A stretch of 64,000 nucleotides of DNA from Candidatus Liptonbacteria bacterium (GCA_016182095.1 JACOXY010000011.1:67794-131793), one strand, 5' to 3'; shown: positions 9,676 to 20,751, counted from the stretch's first letter. Made by a program: numbers and translations. Notes: generated by a model from the sequence alone, not told the origin.

Positions 9676-12065
9676 TTCATTATCTGGTTGATTTCTATCA
9701 AGAACTCCATCGTGATACAGATATTGAAACCATGGTTTATTTTTGTTCTGATTTTGGGATAAGAGCCGGTTATGATTCTACTTTTAACCAAAGAGTTAGA
9801 TGGTATGATGATTCTATCTTAGACGGTTTGCCACATAAATTTTTAAAAAATTTTTCTCCGCGTTCATCAGTTGGCGGATTTTTTAGCATTATAAATCCTG
9901 GAATTGTTCAAGAACTTAAAAATGGAAAATTTGACGCAATTTTGATCCACAGCTACACCCAATGCACCAGCTGGATGGCGTGGCACGCCGCGCAAAAACT
10001 GGGCATTCCCATTCTTTTTAGAGGAGAGTCCTTTCTTTTAAATAAAAGACCCAGGGTCACGCTAAAACTTAAAGATGTATTAGTGCGCCTATTTTTTAAA
10101 AAAGTGTTCGCATTTTTAGCAATCGGTTCATTAAACAAAGAGTATCTTAAGGCATACGGCGCGAGCGAACACCGCATCATATCGGCGCCATATGTCGCGG
10201 CTCCGCCGAGAAAAGATGAATTCGGGGAGGTCGCGGCTCTAAAAGAATCTCTGGGCATTAATAAAGATGATGTAGTTATATTAAGCATCGGCAAACTTAT
10301 ACCCCGAAAGGGACCAATGGATCTTGTTCGCGCTTTTGAGCTTTTAACTAGTGGCTATGCCCCCCGCCTTCGCCAAGGCTTCGGAGGGCAAGCAAACCCC
10401 AAACCCCGCTTGTTGTTTGTTGGCGACGGCCCAGAAAGAGAAAAAATAGAAAACTACTCAAAAGAGAAAAATCTCCGCGTCATTTGCGTCGGATTTATGC
10501 CACCCGAGAAACTGCCGCTTTACTATTCAATAGCCGACATATTCGCGCTCCCGTCCTACTTTGAAACTTGGGGCTTGGTCATAAACGAGGCCATGTCATA
10601 TGGGTTGCCAATCGTAACAACCAAAATGACCGGGGCCGCCTACGATATTGTGCGCGAAGGAGAAAACGGATTTGTTCATCAAGAAGGAGACATTGATTTG
10701 CTAAAGGTCCAAATTGAAAAATTGGTTACTAATCCTGAATTAAGAAAAAAATTTGGAGCTGCTTCCCTTAAAATAATATCGCATTGGAGCTATGTAGAAT
10801 GCGCGGAGGGCTTTAAAAAGGCAATGGAAAGGGCGGGCATGAACGTTGTGGTTATTGATCCGGGGTCGCAGCATTTAAGCGAAAGCGCGATAGCTTTCAA
10901 AAAAGCGGGTATTTTAAGAAAGTACCTAACGGGAATATTTTACGATCATCAAAAATTTCCTTTTAGACTCTTAAAACTTTTGCCGCAACCGGCAAACGCC
11001 CGGCTCGAATACTATTTAAAAAAAAGGGAGAGGTCCGGACTTAAATTCAATGAGGTAAAAACTTTTGGCTTTTACGAATGGGTTTACCTTTTGGGGAAAA
11101 AGGTGTTCCCGGGCCAAGCAGAGAAGCTCATCGGATTAAAAAATGAAAGATTCGGGATTGCGGCAAGCAATTTCAACCAAAAAACCCGTCCCAGAATAGT
11201 TTTTGCTCCGCTTACTTCGGCTTTAAGGGTTTTTGGGTCGGCAGAAAAAATCGGCGCCTTCCGCATACTTGACCAATTCATTGGACATCCTCTGAACTTA
11301 AATAAAGCGCTCGAAAAAGAAGTCGCCCAAAATCCCCGCTTAAAAAATGTAATAAAAGATTTTTCTTCCGAAAAAAGTTTAGAACTCTGTCGACGAGAAA
11401 TAGAAATGGCGGATTTAATTATTACCGGGTCGGAATTCGCCAAAAAGACTTTGATAGAAAACAGGGTTCCTGACTCTAAAATAGCGGTGGTGCCATATGG
11501 AGCCGACATTGAAATGTTCCAGCCACGCGAGAATAAACAAATCGGCTCTGAACTTAAATTATTGTTTGTTGGAAATATAAGCGTGCGCAAGGGCTCTCAC
11601 TATCTTTTGGAGGCAGTGAGAGAATTAAGACTAAAAGGTCATAAGATTAAGCTCATTATGGCGGGACCTATGGAAAATAACTGGTTTTTACGGCAATATG
11701 GCGATTGCTTTGCCTGGATTCCGCCCCTACCCAGATCCAAAATGACAAATATCTATAAAGAAGCGGATGTCTATGTTTTCCCTTCGCTTTTTGAGGGATC
11801 ATCGCTATCCATTTATGAAGCTATGGCGGCCGGATTGCCGATTATTACAACCTACGAAAGCGGCTCCGTGGTGCGCGATGGGAAGGACGGTTTTATCATC
11901 CCCTCAAAAGATCTTGATGAGCTAAAGAAAAAAATTCTTTTCTTTCTAAACAATCCCGATGCAATTGAGACGATGGGTGAGAGCGCGCGCAAAAGAGCGG
12001 AAGAATATACCTGGGAAAGATATTATAATACTCTGATAGAAACTATCAGAGCAAAATTAACCTAA
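9618..12065 (+). CDS. tandem two-domain GT4 glycosyltransferase fusion
   Basis: Two separate GT4 C-terminal signatures: EAMSYGLPIVTT...EGENGF and YEAMAAGLPIITT...DGKDGF. Confidence 0.6.
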   Translation: MKTQAIQKKYRLAILLSHPIHYLVDFYQELHRDTDIETMVYFCSDFGIRAGYDSTFNQRVRWYDDSILDGLPHKFLKNFSPRSSVGGFFSIINPGIVQELKNGKFDAILIHSYTQCTSWMAWHAAQKLGIPILFRGESFLLNKRPRVTLKLKDVLVRLFFKKVFAFLAIGSLNKEYLKAYGASEHRIISAPYVAAPPRKDEFGEVAALKESLGINKDDVVILSIGKLIPRKGPMDLVRAFELLTSGYAPRLRQGFGGQANPKPRLLFVGDGPEREKIENYSKEKNLRVICVGFMPPEKLPLYYSIADIFALPSYFETWGLVINEAMSYGLPIVTTKMTGAAYDIVREGENGFVHQEGDIDLLKVQIEKLVTNPELRKKFGAASLKIISHWSYVECAEGFKKAMERAGMNVVVIDPGSQHLSESAIAFKKAGILRKYLTGIFYDHQKFPFRLLKLLPQPANARLEYYLKKRERSGLKFNEVKTFGFYEWVYLLGKKVFPGQAEKLIGLKNERFGIAASNFNQKTRPRIVFAPLTSALRVFGSAEKIGAFRILDQFIGHPLNLNKALEKEVAQNPRLKNVIKDFSSEKSLELCRREIEMADLIITGSEFAKKTLIENRVPDSKIAVVPYGADIEMFQPRENKQIGSELKLLFVGNISVRKGSHYLLEAVRELRLKGHKIKLIMAGPMENNWFLRQYGDCFAWIPPLPRSKMTNIYKEADVYVFPSLFEGSSLSIYEAMAAGLPIITTYESGSVVRDGKDGFIIPSKDLDELKKKILFFLNNPDAIETMGESARKRAEEYTWERYYNTLIETIRAKLT

Positions 12066-12067
12066 TT

Positions 12068-12400
12068 TCTAATTATTCTCCGCCCCAGCCAGAGGCTGGT
12101 CAGCCTCAGGCCGAAAAGGCGGATCTGCCTCAGGCACGATAATTGACCTAAATAATTACCAATGCCTAATGTCTATGGGTTAAGGTTAGGAAGCCAGTTT
12201 GGTAAAAAGTCTTTGGGTTAAGTTTCCAAAAACCAACTACTTAACCCCCAAACTAAACCGGCATCTTAACCTTAACCTCTTAACCATTTATTAAACCGGC
12301 ATCTTAACCCTTACCTGAATGCTTTTTTAGAATAATTAGGTTAATTCTTCGGCCTTGCTCAGGATGGTGAGCCTGCCGAACCATTAAAGTAATTAGAATA
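12068..12400. repeat. structured intergenic element with terminal inverted repeats and internal GGTTAAGG/CTTAACC stems
   Basis: ctaattattct near 12070 pairs with agaataattag near 12336; internal complementary blocks gggttaaggttagg and cttaaccttaacc; aaccggcatcttaacc occurs twice. Confidence 0.35.
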
Positions 12401-12405
12401 GATTT

Positions 12406-13161
12406 ATGCGGAGTAAATTTTTTTTATTCGTTAAGTGGCTCTTATTCCCCGGATTGGACGTTTCTACGCGCAAAAGAATGAAATTCAAGAAATATTTAGT
12501 GGAAGGCGATATTTTAACTTTGGATGCAGGGTGCGGGAACGGAGCTTTCAGCTTTGCCGCCGCCCAAAAAGGAAACAGAGTTATCGGGATTGACTTTGAC
12601 AAGGAAAAGCTTGGGAGGTGTGAAATATTCAGGGATTATTTGAAAATCAATCCCAAACAATGCCAGTTTAAAGTTTTTAATCTTTATGAACTTCCGAAAT
12701 TAAATCTAATTTTTGACCAGATAATCTGCTTTGAAACTCTGGAACACCTCGCGGAAGATGAAAGGGTGATAAGAATTTTTGCCGAGATCATAAAACCTGG
12801 CGGCATTCTGCATCTTTGCACGCCGAGAAAAAATCGCAAACTAATGTATGGGGAGAAAATGAGTGAAAAACAAGATGGCGGGCATGTGCGGCTTGGTTAT
12901 GAATTTGAAAACTTTAAAACAATGCTTGAAAAAAGTGGGATTTCTATTGTAAAATCCGATAAAGCAGTTGGCTTTTTTGGTTTAATAATCTTAAACATTG
13001 TCCAGTGGATTGGCCTTTCCCCACTCACAAAAGGTCTGCCTAAAATAACCAAGGATGTGTTAAGCGCTTTAATTCTTTTGCCATTATACCCCCTAACTTT
13101 TTTTGATAATCTTATCCCGTCACAAAATTTAAATATTTATGTCCGCGCTATTAAAGCTTAA
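12406..13161 (+). CDS. class I SAM-dependent methyltransferase
   Basis: Motif I LDAGCGNGAFS; motif II IICFETLEH. Confidence 0.55.
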   Translation: MRSKFFLFVKWLLFPGLDVSTRKRMKFKKYLVEGDILTLDAGCGNGAFSFAAAQKGNRVIGIDFDKEKLGRCEIFRDYLKINPKQCQFKVFNLYELPKLNLIFDQIICFETLEHLAEDERVIRIFAEIIKPGGILHLCTPRKNRKLMYGEKMSEKQDGGHVRLGYEFENFKTMLEKSGISIVKSDKAVGFFGLIILNIVQWIGLSPLTKGLPKITKDVLSALILLPLYPLTFFDNLIPSQNLNIYVRAIKA

Positions 13162-14554
13162 ACACCTGATACTTGGCACAATAATTGGAGCATCCCTTGG
13201 CGTCCTTATAATCCCTGCTATTTCCATATTTTTTGCGCAAGAGCGCCTGTTGTCTTTATTAATAATGATCCCCTTCGCGCTGCTTCTTGCCCTGCCGCCG
13301 CTTCTTGCAATTTACAAAAAAGAATTTGATCCATTTGAACCAATCTATCTTTGGATTATATTATATGCGTTTCTTTATTTATTAAAACCACTCACCCATG
13401 TCATAACTGGTGTAGGTTTTAGATATGGCGGAGAATATCTAAACGAGGCCCTTTTAATTGCAATAGTCGGCCTCGCATTTTTTTACCTTGGTTACTTTTG
13501 GGGTGTGGGTAAAAAAATAGCTGAAAAATTACCTGTTGTTGCCAAAGAAATCTCACTAAAAAAATTAAGATGGATTGCTTGGGCTTTAATTTTATTAGGA
13601 TTTTGGGGTCTACATACCTATATCCAAATTTCCGGGGGTTGGTTTGAGTTTTGGTCAAAGCCGCATGGATTTGGCGGTAAAGCCAGCATAACAACGGCCT
13701 ATATTTACCAGCTTCCGGAACTTATGATAGTTGGCTTCATTTTATTATTTTTCGCGGTTGTTACCTCTGGTAAAATATCACGAGTTAAAAATCTCTTACT
13801 GCTTAGCATTGCAGGCGCGGGGGGGGTGGGTCTTTACACTTTAATATGGGGGAGTCGCACTAACTTTTCCTGGCTGCTAATATCGTGCGTAGTTCTGTAT
13901 TACGCAAGCAAGAAAAGGCGCCCGTCTCTTGGAGCTTCTTTCACAGTGCTTATATTCCTATTTTTAGCATTGATCACTATCCCCACCTATAGAGGATATG
14001 TATATTTTGGCGGAGATTTTCAAAAAATTTTAGATATGGGCAACTACACCAGATCTTTGAGGCAGGCATTCGGCAATCCAACAGATGAGTTCGGATCATA
14101 CCTTGCTGAAGTGGCTCTTGTTCCCGAAGATGTTCCATACGACTATTTTGCCCTACATCGCCAATTGATCTACCATCCAATCCCACGTCTCATTTGGCCC
14201 GATAAGCCTCCGCTTTTCAACAGAAATTGGGATTCATTTTTAGCAAAAAGCCATTTAAGCTGGGGGGCGGCCGAATCTCTTTTGGGCGATTTTTACGCGC
14301 AGCTGGGAATTTGGGGTATTATGATCGGCACTTTTATATCTGGCGTGCTCTGGAAAACCATTTATTGGTATTTCAAGCGCGATGAAAATAACATGGGCGC
14401 GATGATTATATTTGCCGTGGTACTTCCCAATATGTTCACCTACCTCGCGCAAGGAAGCGCTATTGCGATCTTAAAATGGCTACCGTACATGATGCCGAGT
14501 ACCGTCCTCGCTATTTTTCTAAGCAGAAAAATTGGAAGAAGTGCCAAATCCTGA
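13139..14554 (+). CDS. Wzy-like polytopic membrane protein (oligosaccharide repeat-unit polymerase-like)
   Basis: About 10-12 predicted TM helices with a large loop, sitting in a glycan locus. Confidence 0.4.
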   Translation: MSALLKLKHLILGTIIGASLGVLIIPAISIFFAQERLLSLLIMIPFALLLALPPLLAIYKKEFDPFEPIYLWIILYAFLYLLKPLTHVITGVGFRYGGEYLNEALLIAIVGLAFFYLGYFWGVGKKIAEKLPVVAKEISLKKLRWIAWALILLGFWGLHTYIQISGGWFEFWSKPHGFGGKASITTAYIYQLPELMIVGFILLFFAVVTSGKISRVKNLLLLSIAGAGGVGLYTLIWGSRTNFSWLLISCVVLYYASKKRRPSLGASFTVLIFLFLALITIPTYRGYVYFGGDFQKILDMGNYTRSLRQAFGNPTDEFGSYLAEVALVPEDVPYDYFALHRQLIYHPIPRLIWPDKPPLFNRNWDSFLAKSHLSWGAAESLLGDFYAQLGIWGIMIGTFISGVLWKTIYWYFKRDENNMGAMIIFAVVLPNMFTYLAQGSAIAILKWLPYMMPSTVLAIFLSRKIGRSAKS

Positions 14555-14564
14555 ACCCCAAATG

Positions 14565-15131
14565 CTAAACAGATTGTAAATGCTCCTTAATGCCAGCGAG
14601 TAAAAATACGCCGGCGAAACTTATAAGCGCAGTGGTGACAACAATGGGCAAACGAGCCGGACCGGCTGGATTATTGGGGACGGCCGCTCTTTCGGTGATT
14701 ATAGGCAGACCTTCTAACGCCCTATCCAATCCTTGGGTTTTCGCAAGAACGCGATAACTATTAAAATTTGGATAAAATTGTACAGTTTTTTCTGACAGTA
14801 GGTTTGCTAAGCGCGCCGATATATTGGGGTTTTCCGAGCGAATTCTTATTATGATGATATTTGTGCTATAGTCATAAACAATTTTTTTGCCAAATACAGT
14901 ATCAGCCAAATCAGCGTTCTCCTTGAAAACCGCTCTTTCTATTTCTTCGCCATTTAAGGTTTCATAGATGAGGCCAAGCACGCTAGCATTTCCAGAATAA
15001 ATCTTTGCGTGAGCGTCGTAAAAATCGGGGCTGTTGTAAACAATCACCACGGAAACTAGCACGGCAGACGTAACTACTCCGCCAATAAACCATCTATATT
15101 TTCTAAGAAGATTGGTGAGGGCTATTTCCAT
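14565..15131 (-). CDS. Wzz-like chain-length-determinant protein (small)
   Basis: Two TM helices flank a soluble domain; Pro-rich segment PNNPAGPARLP lies just before the second TM. Confidence 0.35.
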   Translation of the reverse strand: MEIALTNLLRKYRWFIGGVVTSAVLVSVVIVYNSPDFYDAHAKIYSGNASVLGLIYETLNGEEIERAVFKENADLADTVFGKKIVYDYSTNIIIIRIRSENPNISARLANLLSEKTVQFYPNFNSYRVLAKTQGLDRALEGLPIITERAAVPNNPAGPARLPIVVTTALISFAGVFLLAGIKEHLQSV

Positions 15132-16471
15132 AAACTTTGTTTTATCCCATGAAGCACAGAAGGAGCGGCAAGTCCCGCGATAACAGCATTAAACGGAATG
15201 GCAATCACATGATAGCGTGAGCCATTCGCAAACATCGGTCCATATATGAAAATGAAATAAAGCGACATCAATACCAAAATTACCGTGACTGGGTGCCTAG
15301 CAAGAACCTCCCCTCTTCTCTGCCATAGCATAGCGTAGCCAAACACAAGCATGATGGCATAGACGGCAAAATAAGCGATGTGATATAAGTGAAGGCCCAC
15401 CATAACTCCATAAACAGCCCGCGATTTTTCAAAAAAACCGAAAAACTGAGATTTATAACCGGCTCCGCGCATAGGAGAACCAAACAAACCTTTTGCCACA
15501 CTCTTCGCATGCGCATACGCGTATGCGAACGGATGTTCTGCAATAATACTAAATCCCAAATCAGTAATTGCGGCATCTCCTGTTTTCTGTGAAAGCGGAG
15601 CGGCGCTCTCGTCTCTAATAGAAAAAAGTTTTTCTTCTGCCTCTTTAGACGATAAACCATATGCTTCTTGAAGAGTCGCTCCGGCAAAACCATAGAAAAG
15701 ATTTTGGCCATTGCCGGCAAAAAGAAACGAGGTGCCATACATGGTTTCATTGCGCGCCATCCATGGGAATATTATTAAAAAGCCGGCTATGAAAAAAACA
15801 AGGGGTGCCAATGCGCTCACTGAAGTGCGCGCTGAAGATGGCGCAAAAAAACCACTCCATAAGACCAAAAAAAGGGCTATGGGGATTACATAGAGTAAAT
15901 ATATACCTACTTTGGCAACCATAAGTGCGAAGCCCAGAACAACGCCGGCCAAGGCAATAATTGCCCATGGGCGCCAATCTCGTAAGCCCCGATACTGTAA
16001 TGCTTTGTGTAGAAAATAAAGCGACAAAAAGTAAAACACAGAACCTAAGGGTTCGGTGGTCGTTCTATCTGCAAAGAGCGCGGAAACAGGGGAGGCGGCA
16101 TAAATAATACCCGCTACAATACCGGGGTATTTACCAAATAGGTCGGAGGCCAGTTTTGCCACAAACAGAACCAATGCAGATGTCGCAAGAATTTGAATAA
16201 AAAGTGGCAATCGCGGATCTGCTGAGCTAAACAGTTTATAAAATACACCCAAATAAAGTGGGTATCCCGGGACTCGAGAAATGTCGCCATTAAATGACTC
16301 GCCGCGAGAAAGTTCAATCCCGGCATTATGGTAATAGAACTCGTCAGTGCCCCTGGTTTCCCCTTTGATATAGGCAATCTCCGGATTAAGCCATACCGGC
16401 CAAAATAGTAAAAGGCGCATAGCAAGTGCGATTAGGAATAAGGCGATTAGGATTTTATTGCTACTGTTCAT
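15122..16471 (-). CDS. GT-C fold glycosyltransferase (ArnT/PMT-like, GT39/83)
   Basis: Polytopic membrane protein; first-loop TDEFYYHNAG resembles the GT-C DE motif; adjacent to a GtrA-like gene. Confidence 0.5.
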   Translation of the reverse strand: MNSSNKILIALFLIALAMRLLLFWPVWLNPEIAYIKGETRGTDEFYYHNAGIELSRGESFNGDISRVPGYPLYLGVFYKLFSSADPRLPLFIQILATSALVLFVAKLASDLFGKYPGIVAGIIYAASPVSALFADRTTTEPLGSVFYFLSLYFLHKALQYRGLRDWRPWAIIALAGVVLGFALMVAKVGIYLLYVIPIALFLVLWSGFFAPSSARTSVSALAPLVFFIAGFLIIFPWMARNETMYGTSFLFAGNGQNLFYGFAGATLQEAYGLSSKEAEEKLFSIRDESAAPLSQKTGDAAITDLGFSIIAEHPFAYAYAHAKSVAKGLFGSPMRGAGYKSQFFGFFEKSRAVYGVMVGLHLYHIAYFAVYAIMLVFGYAMLWQRRGEVLARHPVTVILVLMSLYFIFIYGPMFANGSRYHVIAIPFNAVIAGLAAPSVLHGIKQSLWK

Positions 16472-16497
16472 GCATTCAATTTAATCTTCAGAGTTCA

Positions 16498-16905
16498 TTA
16501 AATCAACTTGAAGGTATAATTCTTGTGACAGTAGAAACTGAAATTGGCAACTGCCATAAGCGCAAAGAAATTGGCAAGCATATACCAAATCCCAAAAAAT
16601 TCTACAAAAAGATACAGTAGCGCCTGATTTAAAGTTATGCTAATAAGAGCTATGCCGACAAAAATAGAAAATTGCGCCAAGATACGCCGACTTCGATCTT
16701 TAAAATTAAACATCTTATTAAGAACAAAGCTGACAATTATGCTGACAAGGTATGCGATAGCGGCTGAATAAAAATACCAAATACCGGCAAATTCTGTTAG
16801 CACATAAAGAACCACCAGATCCGCCACCACTGCAATCCCCGAAAAAAAAGCATAGCCAACATATAGACGCCAATTTTCTTTAATGATTCTTATAGCATAT
16901 TCCAT
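16498..16905 (-). CDS. GtrA-family polysaccharide-synthesis membrane protein
   Basis: 135 aa with 4 TM helices; GtrA-like YFFSGIAVVADLVVLYVLTE...FVLNKMFNF. Confidence 0.55.
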   Translation of the reverse strand: MEYAIRIIKENWRLYVGYAFFSGIAVVADLVVLYVLTEFAGIWYFYSAAIAYLVSIIVSFVLNKMFNFKDRSRRILAQFSIFVGIALISITLNQALLYLFVEFFGIWYMLANFFALMAVANFSFYCHKNYTFKLI

Positions 16906-17316
16906 AATAGAAGCGACGCCATATAAAAATTATAAGCAAATTTGTCGATATTATGAGTTAGATTTTTTTAAAAACCTCGCACGCCCAAACATGGGACCAA
17001 TGTTGCCGGCCCGCGGCAACATCCGACATCTGAACTTCCTTTTATTAGAAAATTCACCTATCCGGAAGAGACAATAATTTCATTGCATAAAATCATCGGC
17101 TTATCGGAAACGGGCATTGGTGGTTTTCGGCAACGAATAATCCGATTCTTGAAAACGACGTCTCGAGCCAGCCGTTGGTATAATATTTGCCATAATTTAT
17201 TCATTTTGCATTTTAAAATAACCTAAGTCAAGCTTAATTTAGCACGCTGATTTGCTATATAAACAAACATATGTTATTACTTAATTTAGTAGATAATAAT
17301 TTGTTACTGAGGTAAT

Positions 17317-17934
17317 ATGCTTATCGTTGAACATAGAGTCAACACAATTTCTGGATTAAAAAATGTTGCGCCCGAACATGGGGTTGAAATTGACATGCGC
17401 CACGACACGCGCAATGACCGTTTGTATTTAAGCCACGATGTTCTTGTGGGAGAAAAGCTTAACGCCACAGACGATCTTGACTCATACATGGCAAATTTTC
17501 ATCATGCGTTTGTGGTCTTCAACGTAAAAGAGGCCGGCATTGAACAGCGCTGTATTAACCTCGCGGCTAAATATGGCATTCCTAAGTCAAAATATTTTCT
17601 GCTTGATGTAGAATTTCCATACCTTTACCGCGCATCACGCAAAGAAGGGGTTCGTGAAATTGCAGTGCGCTATAGTGAAGCCGAGCCGATAGAAATGACT
17701 TTGGCGCAAAAGGGATTGGTGGACTGGGTTTGGATTGATACAAATACCACTCTTCCACTTGATAAAGCAACGGTGGAAAAACTAGGTGGCTTTAAGACAT
17801 GCCTTGTCGGTCCGGATCGCTGGAGCCGCCCCAATGACACAATCCCCTACTTACAGAAAATAAAAGAATTTGGGCTACCGCTTACCGCTATTATGGTAGG
17901 AAAAGAATATGTGCATTTGTGTGAAGGATTCTAG
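17317..17934 (+). CDS. glycerophosphodiester-phosphodiesterase-like (PI-PLC-like phosphodiesterase superfamily)
   Basis: VEHRVNT...GVEIDMRHDT.NDRLYLSHD matches the GDPD H-R/E-x-D/H-D pattern. Confidence 0.4.
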   Translation: MLIVEHRVNTISGLKNVAPEHGVEIDMRHDTRNDRLYLSHDVLVGEKLNATDDLDSYMANFHHAFVVFNVKEAGIEQRCINLAAKYGIPKSKYFLLDVEFPYLYRASRKEGVREIAVRYSEAEPIEMTLAQKGLVDWVWIDTNTTLPLDKATVEKLGGFKTCLVGPDRWSRPNDTIPYLQKIKEFGLPLTAIMVGKEYVHLCEGF

Positions 17935-17955
17935 AAAGCAGGTACAAAATTAATG

Positions 17956-17990
17956 ACCCGCGTTGCTCGAGCAATGCGGAGTTTTTTATT
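17956..17990 (+). terminator. rho-independent terminator
   Basis: Hairpin cccgcgttgctcgagcaatgcgg followed by ttttttatttt. Confidence 0.5.
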
Positions 17991-18176
17991 TTCGTGGCAA
18001 TTCTAAAAGAAATGATATGCCAAATTCTTTTAAGAAATCCATTATCATACTTTTATCCGGTCACAAACCAATTACAAACCCATTTTCATTTTTTACATTA
18101 TTTCGGTTGTAAAAAATTATTTTCCGTTTAATTTATCATTGCGCTTCTTGAAAAACTCATTTCACTATTTATAAGT

Positions 18177-20102
18177 TTAAAGGTCGTTTGTTTCTCTCCA
18201 TGCTCTGTTTTTTATAAAAACCAATGCCCAGGCCCTAGACCAGTGTATTTTGTTTTTTAAGAATAATTTTTTAATCTTTCCGGGCAGCGTATCGGAGATA
18301 GCGATTTCTTTTAACCATTTTGAAAACGGGAGGGTAAATCCCATTTTGGGACGATCCCAAATCGCTTCCGGCAAGACATCTTTCATTGCGGCAATTAGTA
18401 GTGGCTTATTTAATTTTTGGAAATCCGATCTCCCGGTACCGCTGTCAATGTTCGAGGGGTCGGACTTCCCTATATTGAGCTTAATTTCTGCTGGCAAAGA
18501 ACTTACATATTCTACCAGCAAATTATCTAAAAATGGAACTCTTATTTCAATTGAGTGGTGCATCGCCATAAAGTCGCTGTCTTTTAATAACTGGTTCTGC
18601 AGGTAGAATTTTAGTTCGAGATAAGAAAGCGCATCGGCAGGAGCGAGTTTATAAGTTTGTAAGTTTATAAGTTTGTAAGTTTCCGAGATGGAATCAATAA
18701 GGTCATTAACTTCTTTAACGCTGATATCTAAAATTTTCGCTACTTCGGCTGGTACAAATAAACCGCGGATTGCAAGATAAAACCGTAGCAAATCATTTTG
18801 GCAAAGGTAACCAAGTTTGGCATATTTATCGCTAAAAAATCCCAATGTTCGGGACATCGTAAGTCCAGCGGACTTATGGTGTCCAAAAATGGAGAGTCCA
18901 TTCTGCATTTTTCGCAACAGAGCCGCTCTTCTAAAATGATTATATCCAAAAAATATTTCATCAGCCCCCAAGCCAGACAAAACCGTTTTCAGGCCAGCTT
19001 TTTTAGCTGCCTCTGCTACAAAATAGGTATTCACCCCGTCAATAGTCGGCTCATCCATCGCTTCAAAAATGTCAGAGGTGGCATCTTCAAAATCTTGACG
19101 GGTTATTTTGTATTCATGATGATTGCTGCCGATTTGTTTAGCAATTAAATCTTGATACTTTTTTTCGGAAAACTCGGCCTCGTCAAAAGTAATTGAGAGC
19201 GTGGTAATGGGATTTTTTCGGGCTTTTGATGCCAGAATCGCCAAAACGCTGGAATCAACACCGCCAGAAAGAAACACTCCGAGCGGCGCGTCGCTTATCA
19301 TATGCAAGCGCACTGATTCTTCTAATAGTTCTCTTGTTCTCGCTATAATTTGTTCTTGTGTTTTAATGTTTTCTTGTTCTCTTGTTTTATTGAAGTAGTC
19401 CAATGGTTCATAGTATTTAACTTTCTTCACCGACAAATCTTTGCTTACTTCCAGATAATATCCAGCTTCCAGCCCACACACTCCCTCTAGAGTTGTTCGC
19501 GGCAGGGGCACGGACCCAAACAAAAGAAAACCAATCAGGGCTTGTTCATTTTTATTAGCAGTAACTAATCCGCTTTGTTTAATGGCTTTTACGGTAGAAG
19601 CAAAAACAAGATTTTCTTTATCACAATAATAATATAGTGGCTTAATGCCGTAACGATCTTTAACCAAAAAAAGTTTTCTACGGCCTTCGTCCCACAAACC
19701 AAAAGCAAACATGCCGCGGAGTTTCTTAAACGACTCCGCTCCCCACTCCACATAAGCAGCTAAAATTACTTCTGTATCTGTTTTGGTTTGAAACTGATGC
19801 CCTTTTCTTTCAAGCTCTTTTCGTAACTCAAGAAAATTATAAATTTCTCCATTGAAGGTGATGGACACCTGACGCCTGACACCTGACACCTTACACTGAT
19901 AGCGCATTGGCTGCTTACCAGCAGAAGACAGGTCAAGAATAGATAGCCGCGTATGGCTAATCGCCAAGCCATCTTCTGCACTCAAAAAAAAGCCCTCGTC
20001 ATCGGGCCCGCGCCGCTTTTGGATTGCATTCATCCTTGTTACCGCGCTCTTAAGTTCATATTCCTTCAATTCAACGCTGTAAATACCAGAAATCCCGCAC
20101 AT
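18177..20102 (-). CDS. asnB: asparagine synthase (glutamine-hydrolysing)
   Basis: MCGISGIY N-terminal nucleophile; FNGEIYNF; SGGVDSS PP-loop; carries an in-frame heptamer-repeat insertion. Confidence 0.8.
   Translation of the reverse strand: MCGISGIYSVELKEYELKSAVTRMNAIQKRRGPDDEGFFLSAEDGLAISHTRLSILDLSSAGKQPMRYQCKVSGVRRQVSITFNGEIYNFLELRKELERKGHQFQTKTDTEVILAAYVEWGAESFKKLRGMFAFGLWDEGRRKLFLVKDRYGIKPLYYYCDKENLVFASTVKAIKQSGLVTANKNEQALIGFLLFGSVPLPRTTLEGVCGLEAGYYLEVSKDLSVKKVKYYEPLDYFNKTREQENIKTQEQIIARTRELLEESVRLHMISDAPLGVFLSGGVDSSVLAILASKARKNPITTLSITFDEAEFSEKKYQDLIAKQIGSNHHEYKITRQDFEDATSDIFEAMDEPTIDGVNTYFVAEAAKKAGLKTVLSGLGADEIFFGYNHFRRAALLRKMQNGLSIFGHHKSAGLTMSRTLGFFSDKYAKLGYLCQNDLLRFYLAIRGLFVPAEVAKILDISVKEVNDLIDSISETYKLINLQTYKLAPADALSYLELKFYLQNQLLKDSDFMAMHHSIEIRVPFLDNLLVEYVSSLPAEIKLNIGKSDPSNIDSGTGRSDFQKLNKPLLIAAMKDVLPEAIWDRPKMGFTLPFSKWLKEIAISDTLPGKIKKLFLKNKIHWSRAWALVFIKNRAWRETNDL
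19864..19894. repeat. tandem heptanucleotide repeat inside asnB
   Basis: ggacacctgacgcctgacacctgacacctta encodes an extra VSGVRRQ block. Confidence 0.6.
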
Positions 20103-20133
20103 TTGTTAATTAAATCACCAAAATCAACAAATG

Positions 20134-20751
20134 TTAAGGTTGGGATGGAAGTTCATTTTTGATTTGATTTACGCCGCCATCATTGTAAACTTCCACGATT
20201 CTTATCCCAATGCGCCTCGCCTCTTCTATGTTTCCTGCAAATCTGTAAATATCAAACAGGCTGTACAGAAAAACCTGCCTGTCGGGACTCTGCTTTAAAC
20301 CAAACTCGTACAGCTGAATTGCTTTTTCATAGTAGCTAAAATTGCGGGTAGCCATAAACGCTTGCTGGTAAACACTCCCGAAACTAAAAATAACTTGGCT
20401 ATAGCTAAATCCCGTCCCGCGATCAATAATGGGCCTTCCCCATTCTTCGGCTTTCTGCACCAACTGGTCCACTAGCGCCACATTGGGTTGGGGCTTGTTT
20501 TTTTCTTGAACAATAATTTCAGAGAGAATACCCATATAATTTGAAACCAATTCTTCCTGCCCCACTGGAGAACGATATCCTAAAATACCGTCATAAACAG
20601 CATTAAACTGCGGAAGGGAAGACACCTGGGTTTGGCGGGCTTCAATATATTTTTGAGCTTTCCTTAACGGCAAAAACGAGCCGTAATATAGAAGCCACGC
20701 CAAAAAGACGGCGCTCGTAATCGAAATAATTTTTTTTAAGAGTGGGCTCAT
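20134..20751 (-). CDS. hypothetical membrane-anchored protein
   Basis: N-terminal TM helix only. Confidence 0.3.
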   Translation of the reverse strand: MSPLLKKIISITSAVFLAWLLYYGSFLPLRKAQKYIEARQTQVSSLPQFNAVYDGILGYRSPVGQEELVSNYMGILSEIIVQEKNKPQPNVALVDQLVQKAEEWGRPIIDRGTGFSYSQVIFSFGSVYQQAFMATRNFSYYEKAIQLYEFGLKQSPDRQVFLYSLFDIYRFAGNIEEARRIGIRIVEVYNDGGVNQIKNELPSQP

